The notes under the pieces are model-generated. The model worked only from the letters and a program-made list of their open reading frames with translations. It was not told the origin of the DNA and did not search any database. 64,000 nt of DNA from an uncultured Bacteroidales bacterium (GTDB lineage: Bacteria; Bacteroidota; Bacteroidia; Bacteroidales; VadinHA17): NCBI GenBank assembly GCA_963782945.1, contig CAWALO010000022.1:801-64800 (forward strand), given 5' to 3'. Each line of letters starts with the position of its first letter. The first letter of the stretch is position 1. Position numbers and translations under genes: made by a program. Positions 24,705-34,548 of the stretch are shown here, piece after piece.

Positions 24705-25445
24705 TTATTTGATACAATAATTATCTAAGAAAGCCTTTAAATCAACTGTGCCGACCGGAGCAAACATTTTTTCCATAGCAAAAAGGCTAAATTCACTGTT
24801 TGACACAACACCTACTAGTTTACCATTTTCGTCAAGAACCGGGGCTCCGCTCAAGCCTCCCATTTGGTCAGGAATAATTAGCTTCTTTACAAGGAAGTGC
24901 GTACCTTTTGTTTTATAGAATTCAAACTCGTAAACACGTTGGTTGCCTTCCTTCATATGGCGTGTCCAACCTACAGCATATAACTTTTCACCTTTTACCA
25001 ATGGTGTTTCCCGAAATTCAAGCGGAATAACCTTTGAATTGTTCTCTTTAATGGAAAATATTAGCCAATCTTTTTCAAAAAGGCTTTTAGACTTTAAGCT
25101 TTCCGACTTATCTTCATTTAAAAGCTTTTCTGCAACCACCATCTCGTTTTCTTTGGTTAATGGACTCATTGTCCACCTTCTGATAAAATTTTCAAGAGAA
25201 ACGTTCTTAATACTATCGGGCTTAAGTACGGCCAGTATGTGCTTCGCAGTTATGGCAAAAGTATCTTTCTGGTATTTTAGCAAAAATGCAGTGCCAAGTT
25301 GATTGTACATATGGTTTCCATCAAAATACTCATAATGATTAACTAAACTAACGGGAGGAAACTGTTTGTCAGAAACTGAAATCTTTGCTTTTGAACAAGA
25401 AACAAGCACAGTTAAAATTATTAGATAATAAAACCGATTTTTCAT
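24705..25445 (-). CDS. Trypsin-like serine protease domain lipoprotein
   Basis: TAKH (His), KDW (Asp) and GLSGAPV (Ser) triad motifs; lipobox LVSC. Confidence 0.7.
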   Translation of the reverse strand: MKNRFYYLIILTVLVSCSKAKISVSDKQFPPVSLVNHYEYFDGNHMYNQLGTAFLLKYQKDTFAITAKHILAVLKPDSIKNVSLENFIRRWTMSPLTKENEMVVAEKLLNEDKSESLKSKSLFEKDWLIFSIKENNSKVIPLEFRETPLVKGEKLYAVGWTRHMKEGNQRVYEFEFYKTKGTHFLVKKLIIPDQMGGLSGAPVLDENGKLVGVVSNSEFSLFAMEKMFAPVGTVDLKAFLDNYCIK

Positions 25446-25477
25446 AATATTAAGTAAAATTTTAATTTCTATATTTC

Positions 25478-26719
25478 TTACGCTTTTTCTATTAATGGTT
25501 TTGAGGCATCGAGCCTGGAGAACAGGAATGCGCTGATTAGTAACATGCCTGCAATGACATACAATGGAAAGTTATAATTTTCTGTATATTTAACCAAATA
25601 ACCAAAAACGACGGCACAAACGAAACCGCCAAGGTTTCCTGCAGTATTCATGGCTGCTGAAATGGTGCCTCCCAACTCTTTCCCAATATCAATGCAGATA
25701 GCCCAGGCGCTTGGCAACATTAAATCGATTACACCAAAACAAAGAGATAAAAATACAAACACTTCAACTTTACCTGGAATAAAACCAGCAAGGAACATAA
25801 AGACTGCGGACGCAAGCAGCCCCGTGACCCCTAAAACCCGTCGCCCGATTTTCAAACCATATTTTATGGAAAATTTGTCGCTTAGATATCCGCCGGCAAT
25901 GTTTCCAATCATACTCATCAGAAAAGGAACAGCAATGGCATAGGTTAATTGACTTTTGGAAAATCCGCGCCCCTGTTCCATAAATGTAGGGAACCACGAA
26001 AAGAAAAACCAACTTCCCCAGGCATAAAACCAATACATGGTAATCAAAATCCAGAATTGCCTCTTTTTTAGAATAATTCCCCAGGGGGTTTTTATTTTTT
26101 CAATCTGTATATTTTTAACGCCAATTTCTTTAATTTCTGCTTCTTTTATCCCTTTCATTTGTGCCGGATAATCACGAAACCAGAAGTACCAAACTGCCAC
26201 CCATATTATTCCCAGTGAGCCTAAAATATAGAAAGCAGTTCGCCAGCCAAAAGCAATGATTACCGGAATAACAATAAAAGGAGTTAAAGCTCCTCCGACC
26301 CGGCTGGCAGCCCAAATAAAACCTTGAGCCCTGGCTGTTTCCGTTTTAGGGAACCACCGCCCAATTGTTCCTGTCATACACGGATATGCACCGGCTTCGC
26401 CAATTCCAAATAAAAACCGAATAATGATTAAAGCGGCAAATCCACCGGCCATGCCGGTAAAAATGGTGAACAACGACCACCACAGGACAATAATTGACAA
26501 AACTTTCCGCTGTCCGGATTTGTCTCCCCAAAGACCAAGCGGCACCTGAAAAAGTCCGTAAGAAAGAATAAAAGCGCTCAAGGTCCAACCCCATTGTTCT
26601 TTGGTGAGCTTCAGGTCCTCCATGATGCTCACCCCGGCAACACTGATGTTAATACGGTCGAGAAAAGTGATTACTCCAATCAGAACCAGCAGGGTCAATA
26701 CAATGTTTCTTTTTTTCAT
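25478..26719 (-). CDS. MFS transporter, anion:cation symporter (sugar acid) type
   Basis: DRINISVA, RFLFGIGEAGAYP, RWFPKTETARAQG and MNTAGNLGG motifs; about 12 hydrophobic segments. Confidence 0.88.
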   Translation of the reverse strand: MKKRNIVLTLLVLIGVITFLDRINISVAGVSIMEDLKLTKEQWGWTLSAFILSYGLFQVPLGLWGDKSGQRKVLSIIVLWWSLFTIFTGMAGGFAALIIIRFLFGIGEAGAYPCMTGTIGRWFPKTETARAQGFIWAASRVGGALTPFIVIPVIIAFGWRTAFYILGSLGIIWVAVWYFWFRDYPAQMKGIKEAEIKEIGVKNIQIEKIKTPWGIILKKRQFWILITMYWFYAWGSWFFFSWFPTFMEQGRGFSKSQLTYAIAVPFLMSMIGNIAGGYLSDKFSIKYGLKIGRRVLGVTGLLASAVFMFLAGFIPGKVEVFVFLSLCFGVIDLMLPSAWAICIDIGKELGGTISAAMNTAGNLGGFVCAVVFGYLVKYTENYNFPLYVIAGMLLISAFLFSRLDASKPLIEKA

Positions 26720-26732
26720 CAGGGAAGGAAGA

Positions 26733-27395
26733 TTATTTCAGGCTTTCGAGCACTGATTTTACCTGTAATGTACCAAGTAACGGACTGGAAAACACATCCT
26801 TTCCTGTCTTCTTAATTATTTCATCCTGCATTTTTGCCATCGATCCCTGGGCCAGCACAAATACATCAACTTTCCCGGCCAATGCCAGGGCTGTTTCAAG
26901 TATCTTCTGATTATGGCTTTCGACATCACCTTCCATCAATTTCCGGAAAGCTCCTTCAGCCAAACCCTTTTCAATTTCAACCGGTTTATTCAATTCTGCT
27001 GAGAATCTTTGTACCAGTCTGGCTGTTGGGTCAAGAGTGGTTGGTAAGGTAGCTAATACGCCAATCCGTTTATAGGTTCGTACTGCCTTCTCAGCCATGG
27101 CATCATCAATCTTTACAAGGGGTACCGAAACCTTTTCGCGTCCTTCAATGGCTACATCGCCAACCGACGAACAGGTATTAAAAATCACATCGGCACCAGC
27201 GTCGATAGCAGCATTGTAATAGCTGAGCAAACGCTTCCTAACAGATACGGGGACTTCCCCTGCCATGATTACATCCTGGATCAGGCTATCATCAGCAATA
27301 TTTATTAAACGGACATTTGGCAGATGTTCGGCAAACAGCGCCTTTGTTGGTTCAACCATGGTAATGGCTGTATGAATTGCAACTACTGTTTTCAT
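26733..27395 (-). CDS. Asp/Glu/hydantoin racemase-fold protein with a single catalytic Cys
   Basis: NTCSS, RIGVLATLPTT and VLAQGSM (the usual second Cys position is not Cys); 220 aa, no signal peptide. Confidence 0.7.
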   Translation of the reverse strand: MKTVVAIHTAITMVEPTKALFAEHLPNVRLINIADDSLIQDVIMAGEVPVSVRKRLLSYYNAAIDAGADVIFNTCSSVGDVAIEGREKVSVPLVKIDDAMAEKAVRTYKRIGVLATLPTTLDPTARLVQRFSAELNKPVEIEKGLAEGAFRKLMEGDVESHNQKILETALALAGKVDVFVLAQGSMAKMQDEIIKKTGKDVFSSPLLGTLQVKSVLESLK

Positions 27396-27415
27396 AATAT
27401 TTGTATTTTATTTTT

Positions 27416-28363
27416 TTATATTTTCCTTGCAATGGTAGCTTCAGCGGCATTTACAATGTCAGCAACACTCATTTTGTAAAAATCCAGTAATTCCTGTGGC
27501 AGACCAGATCCGGGGAATTTATCTCTGAGACCAATACGTGCAACAGGAACCGGAAAATTTTCAGCTGCGACTTCCATGATTGCACTGCCCAATCCATTTA
27601 TAATATTATGATCTTCAGCTGTTACCGCGGCACCGCAACTTTTTAAAACTTTAATTACACCTTCTTCGTCAAGTGGTTTTACTGTATGAACTTCTACTAT
27701 GGTTACTCCAATACCTTTCTTATCAAGAATCCCGGAGGCTTCAAACATTCGAGGTATTAAAATGCCATTACCAAATATTGCAATATCGTTGCCTTTCTGT
27801 TGCAGAATATTAATTTTTCCGGGAACAAAAGGAGTGTCTTTTTCAAAAACAACAGGATCGCGTCCACTACCCAATCGGATATAAACAGGGCCCGGGATCG
27901 ATGCTGCTGCAATAGCAGCTTGCCTGGCCTGATCAGCATCGGCCGGAACTAAAATGGTCATGTTAGGAATGGTTCGTAGTATGCCCACATCTTCGAAAAA
28001 CTGATGTGTGGTGCCTTCTCTTTCACCTCCTGAAATTCCTCCGTTTACTCCAACCAATTTTACGTTCAAATTTGGATAAGCAATAAACGTTCGAATTTGC
28101 TCACATGCGCGCATAGTAATAAATCCGGCATATGTGGCAAAAAACGGAATTAATCCTTCTAAAGCAAGTCCGGCTGAGGTTGCAGCAGCATTTTGCTCTG
28201 CAATTCCAATTTCAATGTACTGATCAGGATATTTTTCAACAAAATCAGTAGCGCGCATAGCCAGAAGACTGTCGGCGCATACCAGTATAATTCTTTTATC
28301 TTTCTCAGCCAGGGTATCTAAACCCTGCATAAAACCAACCCGTGTGCTTTCTATTTTAATCAA
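27416..28363 (-). CDS. Split transketolase, C-terminal (pyrimidine-binding) subunit, set 2
   Basis: GIAEQN, RACEQIR, EGTTHQ, GPVYIRL, KPLD and EDH motifs. Confidence 0.9.
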   Translation of the reverse strand: MIKIESTRVGFMQGLDTLAEKDKRIILVCADSLLAMRATDFVEKYPDQYIEIGIAEQNAAATSAGLALEGLIPFFATYAGFITMRACEQIRTFIAYPNLNVKLVGVNGGISGGEREGTTHQFFEDVGILRTIPNMTILVPADADQARQAAIAAASIPGPVYIRLGSGRDPVVFEKDTPFVPGKINILQQKGNDIAIFGNGILIPRMFEASGILDKKGIGVTIVEVHTVKPLDEEGVIKVLKSCGAAVTAEDHNIINGLGSAIMEVAAENFPVPVARIGLRDKFPGSGLPQELLDFYKMSVADIVNAAEATIARKI

Positions 28364-29252
28364 GGTCCTGTCCTCCTAAAATTGACATGGCTATTTTATG
28401 TTCTTCATCTGTAGGCACTCTTTTGTGCCAGGCATTATTTCCTTCCATGTAAGGTATGCCTTTCCCTTTTATTGTTTTAGCAACAAAAACAATTGGCTGA
28501 TCAGCTTCTGGTGGTTCCATATTGGGAACAATGGTCATGCCTTCTCTTTCTTCTCTCGATAAGGTTCGTCCACGTCTCGCAGCATTTTCAAAAGCCAGTG
28601 TTAGTTTTTCTACGTCGTGTCCGTCAATTTCAACGGTATACCATCCAAAAGCTCTCCATTTCTCAGCTAAATTCACCAAACCACTGATTTTGTCAACGGA
28701 TCCTCCACTTTGAATCCCATTATAATCGACTATAGCGATGAGGTTAGTTAATTTATACTTTGCTATATTCATTGCAGCTTCCCATACAATTCCTTCATTT
28801 AGTTCTCCGTCGCCGGTCACAATAAAAGTCAGGGTATCATCTCCTCGTCGACGAGCTGCAATAGCCATTCCACATCCTTGTGGTAATCCATGTCCCAAAG
28901 AACCTGAAGTTGCATCAACTCCTGGTGTCAGTTTTTGAACAGGGTGTCCCTGTAACCGGGATCCCAACGATCGTAAAGTTTTTAATTCAGCCGGAGGCAG
29001 GTAACCACGCCTGGCTAAAGCAGCATAATAAACCGGGCATGCATGACCTTTTGAAAGAATAAAACGATCCCGTCCTGTCCAGTCCGGATTTTTCGGATCT
29101 AATCTCAAAATATCAAAATAAAGTACCGATAATATATCAGCAATCGACATACATGGTCCCGGATGTCCGTCTCCGGCATAGTATATTGCATTAACTACAT
29201 CACGACGCAATTGGGTTGCATTGGTAATTAATTTTTTAATTCTCTCATTCAT
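28356..29252 (-). CDS. Split transketolase, N-terminal (ThDP-binding) subunit, set 2
   Basis: GHPG, RDRFILSKGH, GSLGHG, GDGELNEG...N ThDP motif, KGKG, WH; overlaps the start of the partner gene. Confidence 0.9.
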   Translation of the reverse strand: MNERIKKLITNATQLRRDVVNAIYYAGDGHPGPCMSIADILSVLYFDILRLDPKNPDWTGRDRFILSKGHACPVYYAALARRGYLPPAELKTLRSLGSRLQGHPVQKLTPGVDATSGSLGHGLPQGCGMAIAARRRGDDTLTFIVTGDGELNEGIVWEAAMNIAKYKLTNLIAIVDYNGIQSGGSVDKISGLVNLAEKWRAFGWYTVEIDGHDVEKLTLAFENAARRGRTLSREEREGMTIVPNMEPPEADQPIVFVAKTIKGKGIPYMEGNNAWHKRVPTDEEHKIAMSILGGQDLD

Positions 29253-29358
29253 TTGATATTTATCAATGTTAAAATTATTCTAAATTACACCTTCTAAGGC
29301 AGCCTTTCATATCGGTTTTGAAAAACATAAACTAATATCCGAATTGAATAGAAGTTCA

Positions 29359-30759
29359 CTAATCAAGATATTCTGGTCGCGCCGGATTAAAAAACTCTAT
29401 TAAATCGGTTTCTTCCAGCGCAACAGATCCGTGAGGCTCATTTGAATCAAACATATAGCCATCTCCGGAACCAAGAATTCGTTTTTTCCCCTTCTTATCA
29501 AAGAACTCAACTTTTCCTTTTAACACGAATCCACTCTGAGCGGCAGGATGAACATGAAGATTCACACGGGCACCTTTCTTTTCATGAAAATGACAAAGCA
29601 TGTTATTGGCATTATAAACCAGTGTTGATCGTAATATGCCCGGACGTATCTCAACAGGAGGCTTATCACCAACTCCACAGAATCCGCGCTTTACAAAAAC
29701 TATAGTTTTCACAGACGCGGTACGTCTTTCACGGATCACTTCCAATAATTTATCCCAACCATTAAGAAATGCTGTTCGGAAGCGTACAACTGGTCCAAAA
29801 TCATGAAATTCATCAGGTTGTAAACCATCCTCAGCATAAGCCTTAACAAATGTTGGTAGTTTATCCTGTAACTCTTGCATAACAGTATCTGGAACAGGTT
29901 TGCTAAAATTATTTTCGATGACTGGTGATTTTTCCTCAAGTACAGATGCAGTAGAAGCCCAATTTAAAGTGACGTGAACATTACCTCCTACAAATTCTGT
30001 AAAATGGTGTAAATCGCGGGCACCACCACCTAAAATAATACCTGGTAATTTTTGATCCTGCATAAGCCTGTATTGCTTTTTAGCTACCAAACATCCCGCG
30101 AGCTTTATTGCATCAGGGCTTAATGTAACGCCTAGCGATTCAGCTTCAGCCTTAAGCTCTTCATCAAGAATACCAGAAATATGGGTAACAAAAAAAGCAG
30201 GTGCATTTCCCGATTCTTCTGAAGCCTTTTTATACACTTTACAAACCTCAATGGCTTGTGATATTGCCATAATTTCAGTTGCAATAACAGGTTTATTTAA
30301 ACGCACCAGGCAATCAATTGCAACAAGCCCCGAAGGAATTACAGGTATCTTGGCTATACAATTTGGAATCATTTCAAAATCCGCAAGCGCTTCAGTAACA
30401 ATTTTTGCTGAATTTTTTTCAAGGTGTGGATCCATCTGGAGTGAAACAAATCCTTCACGTCCGTTGGTATCCTTGTATCGGGGTAAAAAACTTTCGGCCA
30501 TTTTGGCAACTAGTAGTCTTTGTATCAAAGCGGCAGCTTCTTTATCATCCTGTGTTTCAGATATTGCCTTATCAACAATTCGAAGAGTCTCCTCCTGTGT
30601 TTCCGGAAGGATCAGCAAACGTGCAACATAAGTTGGATTTGTAGTGCATGATATAGCTCCGGCTTTCAATGCTATCTCTGCTTCTTCAACAGTTGGATTA
30701 TTGATCCAAAGGCGGGTTTGAGTCTGGGTAGCAACTTCCCTGAAATATCCTCTTGTCAT
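29359..30759 (-). CDS. Transaldolase-family protein fused to a C-terminal cupin (KdgF-like) domain
   Basis: TTNPT, GFVSLQMDP and Schiff-base KIP motifs; last ~100 aa HVHPAAQ...GDGY...EPHG...FNPARPEY is a cupin. Confidence 0.8.
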   Translation of the reverse strand: MTRGYFREVATQTQTRLWINNPTVEEAEIALKAGAISCTTNPTYVARLLILPETQEETLRIVDKAISETQDDKEAAALIQRLLVAKMAESFLPRYKDTNGREGFVSLQMDPHLEKNSAKIVTEALADFEMIPNCIAKIPVIPSGLVAIDCLVRLNKPVIATEIMAISQAIEVCKVYKKASEESGNAPAFFVTHISGILDEELKAEAESLGVTLSPDAIKLAGCLVAKKQYRLMQDQKLPGIILGGGARDLHHFTEFVGGNVHVTLNWASTASVLEEKSPVIENNFSKPVPDTVMQELQDKLPTFVKAYAEDGLQPDEFHDFGPVVRFRTAFLNGWDKLLEVIRERRTASVKTIVFVKRGFCGVGDKPPVEIRPGILRSTLVYNANNMLCHFHEKKGARVNLHVHPAAQSGFVLKGKVEFFDKKGKKRILGSGDGYMFDSNEPHGSVALEETDLIEFFNPARPEYLD

Positions 30760-30795
30760 GATAAGGTATATTATGTTCTTTTAAATTTTTTCATG

Positions 30796-30823
30796 CAAAA
30801 CTAAATATGGAAAATTATTACAA
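30796..30823 (-). promoter_or_regulatory. Putative Bacteroidota primary-sigma promoter for the transaldolase module
   Basis: TAGTTTTG (-7 consensus TAnnTTTG) at 30796-30803, with TTG 17 nt upstream. Confidence 0.45.
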
Positions 30824-30880
30824 TTTATTTAGAACAGGAAACAGATCAATTCAATCCCGAATATTGTTTGTCGCATAATT

Positions 30881-31729
30881 TTATTTAACAAGTTCGAATT
30901 TTGTGTAATGTAACCCTTTGTTTTCCATACCGTCCAGGACCTTTAAGGCATATTCAATTCCGTGAACTGCCATTTGGGAAGCATAAGCATCAATGGTTGC
31001 TATCATTTTACCAGATTGAATTAATGGGCGTACTGAAGCATCATTATCAAAACCTACCACGAGAATTTTGCCTGCTTTTTCATTTTTCTCTAAAACTCTT
31101 AAAACACCTAATGCCATGGCATCATTGCAACACATTACTCCTTTAATATCCTGATATTTAGCTAATATTTCTTCAAAAACCTTTGCAGCCTTGTCTGTTT
31201 CCCAATCTGCAGCTTCCGAAGCAATTAAGTTTAGTTGGTACTCAGCTATGGTTTTTAGAAAGCCTTGTTTACGCTGTTGGGCATTTTCTGCAACCACGAG
31301 ACCTTCAATTAAAACTACATTAGCACCTTTGTGCAGCTTTTTCGCCATCACGTTGCCAACCATATATGCTGCATTTTCATTATCCGGTCCAACAAAGGTT
31401 AATTCGATATTATTTTCTATCAGCAGTTGTTCGTCGAGTTTTATATCGATATTAATTACCTTGATTCCTGCTTTAACAGCTTTCACAACTACAGGGACCA
31501 ATGCTTTTGAATCAATTGGTACAATTACAATTGCATCTGCATTATCTTCAATCAGCAATTCAACAAGTTTTATTTGTAAATCAATGTCAGTTTGATTTGA
31601 TGTTCCAACTACAACCAACTCAAATCCATCGTGCTCAGCAGCAAATTCCAAGGCACCTTTTTTCATTTCCTGAAAAAATTCAGCATGTAGCGACTTCATT
31701 ACCAAGCCTATTATCGGTTTGTTTTTCAT
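30881..31729 (-). CDS. RbsB/LacI-type sugar-binding domain protein, no signal peptide
   Basis: IGLVMKSL.AEFF, AIVIVP.DS, VGPDN, R..GF, ADW, NDAMALG and GFD motifs; starts directly at the first strand. Confidence 0.85.
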   Translation of the reverse strand: MKNKPIIGLVMKSLHAEFFQEMKKGALEFAAEHDGFELVVVGTSNQTDIDLQIKLVELLIEDNADAIVIVPIDSKALVPVVVKAVKAGIKVINIDIKLDEQLLIENNIELTFVGPDNENAAYMVGNVMAKKLHKGANVVLIEGLVVAENAQQRKQGFLKTIAEYQLNLIASEAADWETDKAAKVFEEILAKYQDIKGVMCCNDAMALGVLRVLEKNEKAGKILVVGFDNDASVRPLIQSGKMIATIDAYASQMAVHGIEYALKVLDGMENKGLHYTKFELVK

Positions 31730-31735
31730 TATGCT

Positions 31736-33058
31736 CTAGTCTTGAATATATACGCAACGCTCCATCCTTTTAGCAAAATCTTTCAGAAATTCCTCCCTCC
31801 ACCGGTTTACCGTTTTGGCACCAATATGTTCTCCCTCTGAAAATTCCGGATTGGGATTATCGGTCCACCAATTTGGATATTTTAAGGATGGATGGCTAAC
31901 CAATTCCGCAGGTGGAATATAAGCAGTTACACTTCCCGTTTTTCCATTGAAACTGTTAATGTTGCTTTCAATTATAAAATCAAATGTTTTGGCACTTTTA
32001 GGAGAAAAACGAAACCTGACTTTACCATCACCCAAAAAATATCCGGTTAAAGCCTGATTTTCCACGAGAAGCCTTGCTACCGGTTTTTCCGGCAGATTTT
32101 CTTTCAGGGAAAGGGCAATTTCAAGAATTGAAAACTCCTGAATACTGTCAGATTTCAATGGAAGTTTATCGAATAAATAATACGGCCGTTCCCATGCTTT
32201 AACGTATTGCCCTCCCCAGTTCGAAAGCGTAGGGTCTTCGGGATCAGGGCTGTTCAGCAGCCAGGCGAGCGATGGAGTGTCTCCCATTTTTATTGAGCCA
32301 CCTAACTGGGTCATAAAAAATGCCCCAAGTGCCCCTTTATCCTTGATATGCTTTTCAGGAAAACCTTCGTTACCCCATTCGCCTTCCTGATTTCCGCCTG
32401 TGAACCAACCCCGGTATGTTGCATTCGATTCGATCATCCACAACTCAGGAAAATGATCGGCGATATACTGGTACGCATCGGGAGACCATTTCTTATTTGG
32501 TCCTCCGATATAATATACCCGGAGTTTTGATAAAATATCCGGAGCATCGTGTAAAGCCTGCGCCAGGTCTTCAATGCCCCCCCAAACCAGAATATATAAA
32601 GGGCGGGAATCATCTTTCCGGGCACATTTTATAATCCATTCCGAACCTTCAGTAGGTTTGTCGAAGCCTGCAAACCCGGCAACATCTATCGCACCCTGTT
32701 TCGTAATTGACCTGAGTGAATCAGGCGCAGGGTATTTTTCAGAATAATCTTTCAGGTTGGGATAATCTTTTTCGTATTGATCGATTACCTTGAGGATATG
32801 CTCTTTTCGCCCGGGTCCGAATGGGGATGAAATTAATCCTTCGATTTCAAGTGTATCGGCATATAAAAGCAGGTGCACCATGGATTGAAAATCATCGGGA
32901 TCTGTTCCTCCAATGTCGGTGGACACGACAACACGATACTTTGATTCTTCCGGTTCTGACTCATTTTTGTTCCCCTTTTGAGCACTGCACGAAACGAGCA
33001 ACAAGAAGCCTGAAAGGATTATACCGCAAAGGGGGTGGAGTTTTTTAATTTCCTGCAT
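31736..33058 (-). CDS. DUF1593 (Sde182 nucleoside-hydrolase-like) lipoprotein, copy 1
   Basis: RVVVSTDIGGTDPDDFQSMVHLLLY, IEGLIS, WGG...LAQAL, MGDTPS, WGG; lipobox VSC. Confidence 0.85.
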   Translation of the reverse strand: MQEIKKLHPLCGIILSGFLLLVSCSAQKGNKNESEPEESKYRVVVSTDIGGTDPDDFQSMVHLLLYADTLEIEGLISSPFGPGRKEHILKVIDQYEKDYPNLKDYSEKYPAPDSLRSITKQGAIDVAGFAGFDKPTEGSEWIIKCARKDDSRPLYILVWGGIEDLAQALHDAPDILSKLRVYYIGGPNKKWSPDAYQYIADHFPELWMIESNATYRGWFTGGNQEGEWGNEGFPEKHIKDKGALGAFFMTQLGGSIKMGDTPSLAWLLNSPDPEDPTLSNWGGQYVKAWERPYYLFDKLPLKSDSIQEFSILEIALSLKENLPEKPVARLLVENQALTGYFLGDGKVRFRFSPKSAKTFDFIIESNINSFNGKTGSVTAYIPPAELVSHPSLKYPNWWTDNPNPEFSEGEHIGAKTVNRWREEFLKDFAKRMERCVYIQD

Positions 33059-33066
33059 TGCTGAAT

Positions 33067-34503
33067 TTAATTAACATTAATAATAATTCTCCTGTAACGG
33101 GTTAACCGGGGAGAACCATGGTCCGTAACAGCCAGAATAACATGAATTGTTCCCACGCCTGGTGCCATTACCCGAGATGTTGGTACCGTAAACCATGCCT
33201 TTTGCTGATCAGAATTTTTAATTTCAATTGGCTGGCCGCTTCGTGAGTTTGAAACAGGGAAGGTTCCTGCTTCGCTGTAGCAGAACCAATTGTAAGCAAG
33301 TGCATCTCCATCGGGATCGGTTGAACCAACTGCACTTAATTCAACACGGTCGCCTATTTTTGATTCCAGATATAGGTCTTGCTCAATTTTTACCACCGGC
33401 GGATGGTTTGCGCTTTCAACAGGTTGAATAGTCCAGTCCATGCGGGCAGCAAAATCGTTTTGAAAAGCCTGACGCCAACGCCAGATGGTTTCGTGGTTGC
33501 CATCGTGCCATCGTCCATCCACCCCAAAAACCTCATCATCGGCATCGCTCCAGAATGGCCTTGTTTCAGCATACAAATGCCATTTTTGCATCCTCGGAGT
33601 GTAAAATTCGTAACGGCCTCCCCAGCCCCCCCAGTCGGGGTGTTCGGGGTAGCTCAGCCCATTGTTTATCAGGTTTAAAAACGAAGGGGTATCACCTTCC
33701 ATGAGGTACTCCCATAGGGGATATTCAGTTCCAAGTGGTCCTTTCCTTCGAATGTTCTGGTCGAGCCATTCGTTGGTTACCAGGGTAAAATCGGCGCCAT
33801 CGCAGCGGGCATGAAAATAGTCGCCGCTTATACCGCTCCATGTTGCGTGGTGGTAAGCTCCTCCGGCACTAAATCCGGGACTAACGATATAAAACAGTTC
33901 CGGAAATTCTTTTCGTATCCACGGGCCACTGTCGTCCTGATCGGAGATGGTATAAACGCGCAGTTTTGCCACGAATTTATTAACTTCCGCAGCCGTGCGT
34001 GTTTTTTTTACTTTCCAAAGCGCTTGCGCCAGCACATTCGGGCCACCCCACACCGAAACCCATAGCGGCCGGGGGTCATTTTTATCGACAGCCTTAATAA
34101 GAAGTTCTGAAGCAGGCGAATCTTTGCCCTCACCAACAGCTGACATGCCATATTCCGGGAGTCCTTCGGTAATAACAGAACGAATGAATTCAATGGTTGG
34201 GAAGCCGGATTCGTGTTTTTCGAGGTTATCGCGCACTTTACCATAAGCTTCCGCTATTTGCCGGATTCGCTCCGGCGCGATTCTTTTTTGCTGGTGAATG
34301 GAAGTTGTGGCAGCAAGTCCTTCAACATCATACTGATTGGCATAAACCAGAAAACGGACCATAGACATGGCATCATCTGGCTCGTTTTCAATATCAGTCA
34401 GAACGAAAACACGCTGTTTTTCATTCGCTGCTGCAACCAGGCAAAACAGTGATAAAAAGACAAAAAGAATATTTCGCAGCAGGTAATTCTTTAAAATTAT
34501 CAT
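33067..34503 (-). CDS. DUF1593 nucleoside-hydrolase-like protein with C-terminal Ig-like domain, copy 2
   Basis: [61 protein letters not shown]; probable start 34503. Confidence 0.88.
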   Translation of the reverse strand: MIILKNYLLRNILFVFLSLFCLVAAANEKQRVFVLTDIENEPDDAMSMVRFLVYANQYDVEGLAATTSIHQQKRIAPERIRQIAEAYGKVRDNLEKHESGFPTIEFIRSVITEGLPEYGMSAVGEGKDSPASELLIKAVDKNDPRPLWVSVWGGPNVLAQALWKVKKTRTAAEVNKFVAKLRVYTISDQDDSGPWIRKEFPELFYIVSPGFSAGGAYHHATWSGISGDYFHARCDGADFTLVTNEWLDQNIRRKGPLGTEYPLWEYLMEGDTPSFLNLINNGLSYPEHPDWGGWGGRYEFYTPRMQKWHLYAETRPFWSDADDEVFGVDGRWHDGNHETIWRWRQAFQNDFAARMDWTIQPVESANHPPVVKIEQDLYLESKIGDRVELSAVGSTDPDGDALAYNWFCYSEAGTFPVSNSRSGQPIEIKNSDQQKAWFTVPTSRVMAPGVGTIHVILAVTDHGSPRLTRYRRIIINVN

Positions 34504-34548
34504 TTTTTTGTATTTTGAAGTTATTAATATTAATCGATAGGGATTCAA

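Noticed and set aside
25478-30759. Sulfoglycolysis (sulfo-TK or sulfo-TAL) interpretation
   Set aside because: No GH31 sulfoquinovosidase, sulfo-aldehyde reductase/dehydrogenase or sulfonate exporter nearby; the context is pectin.
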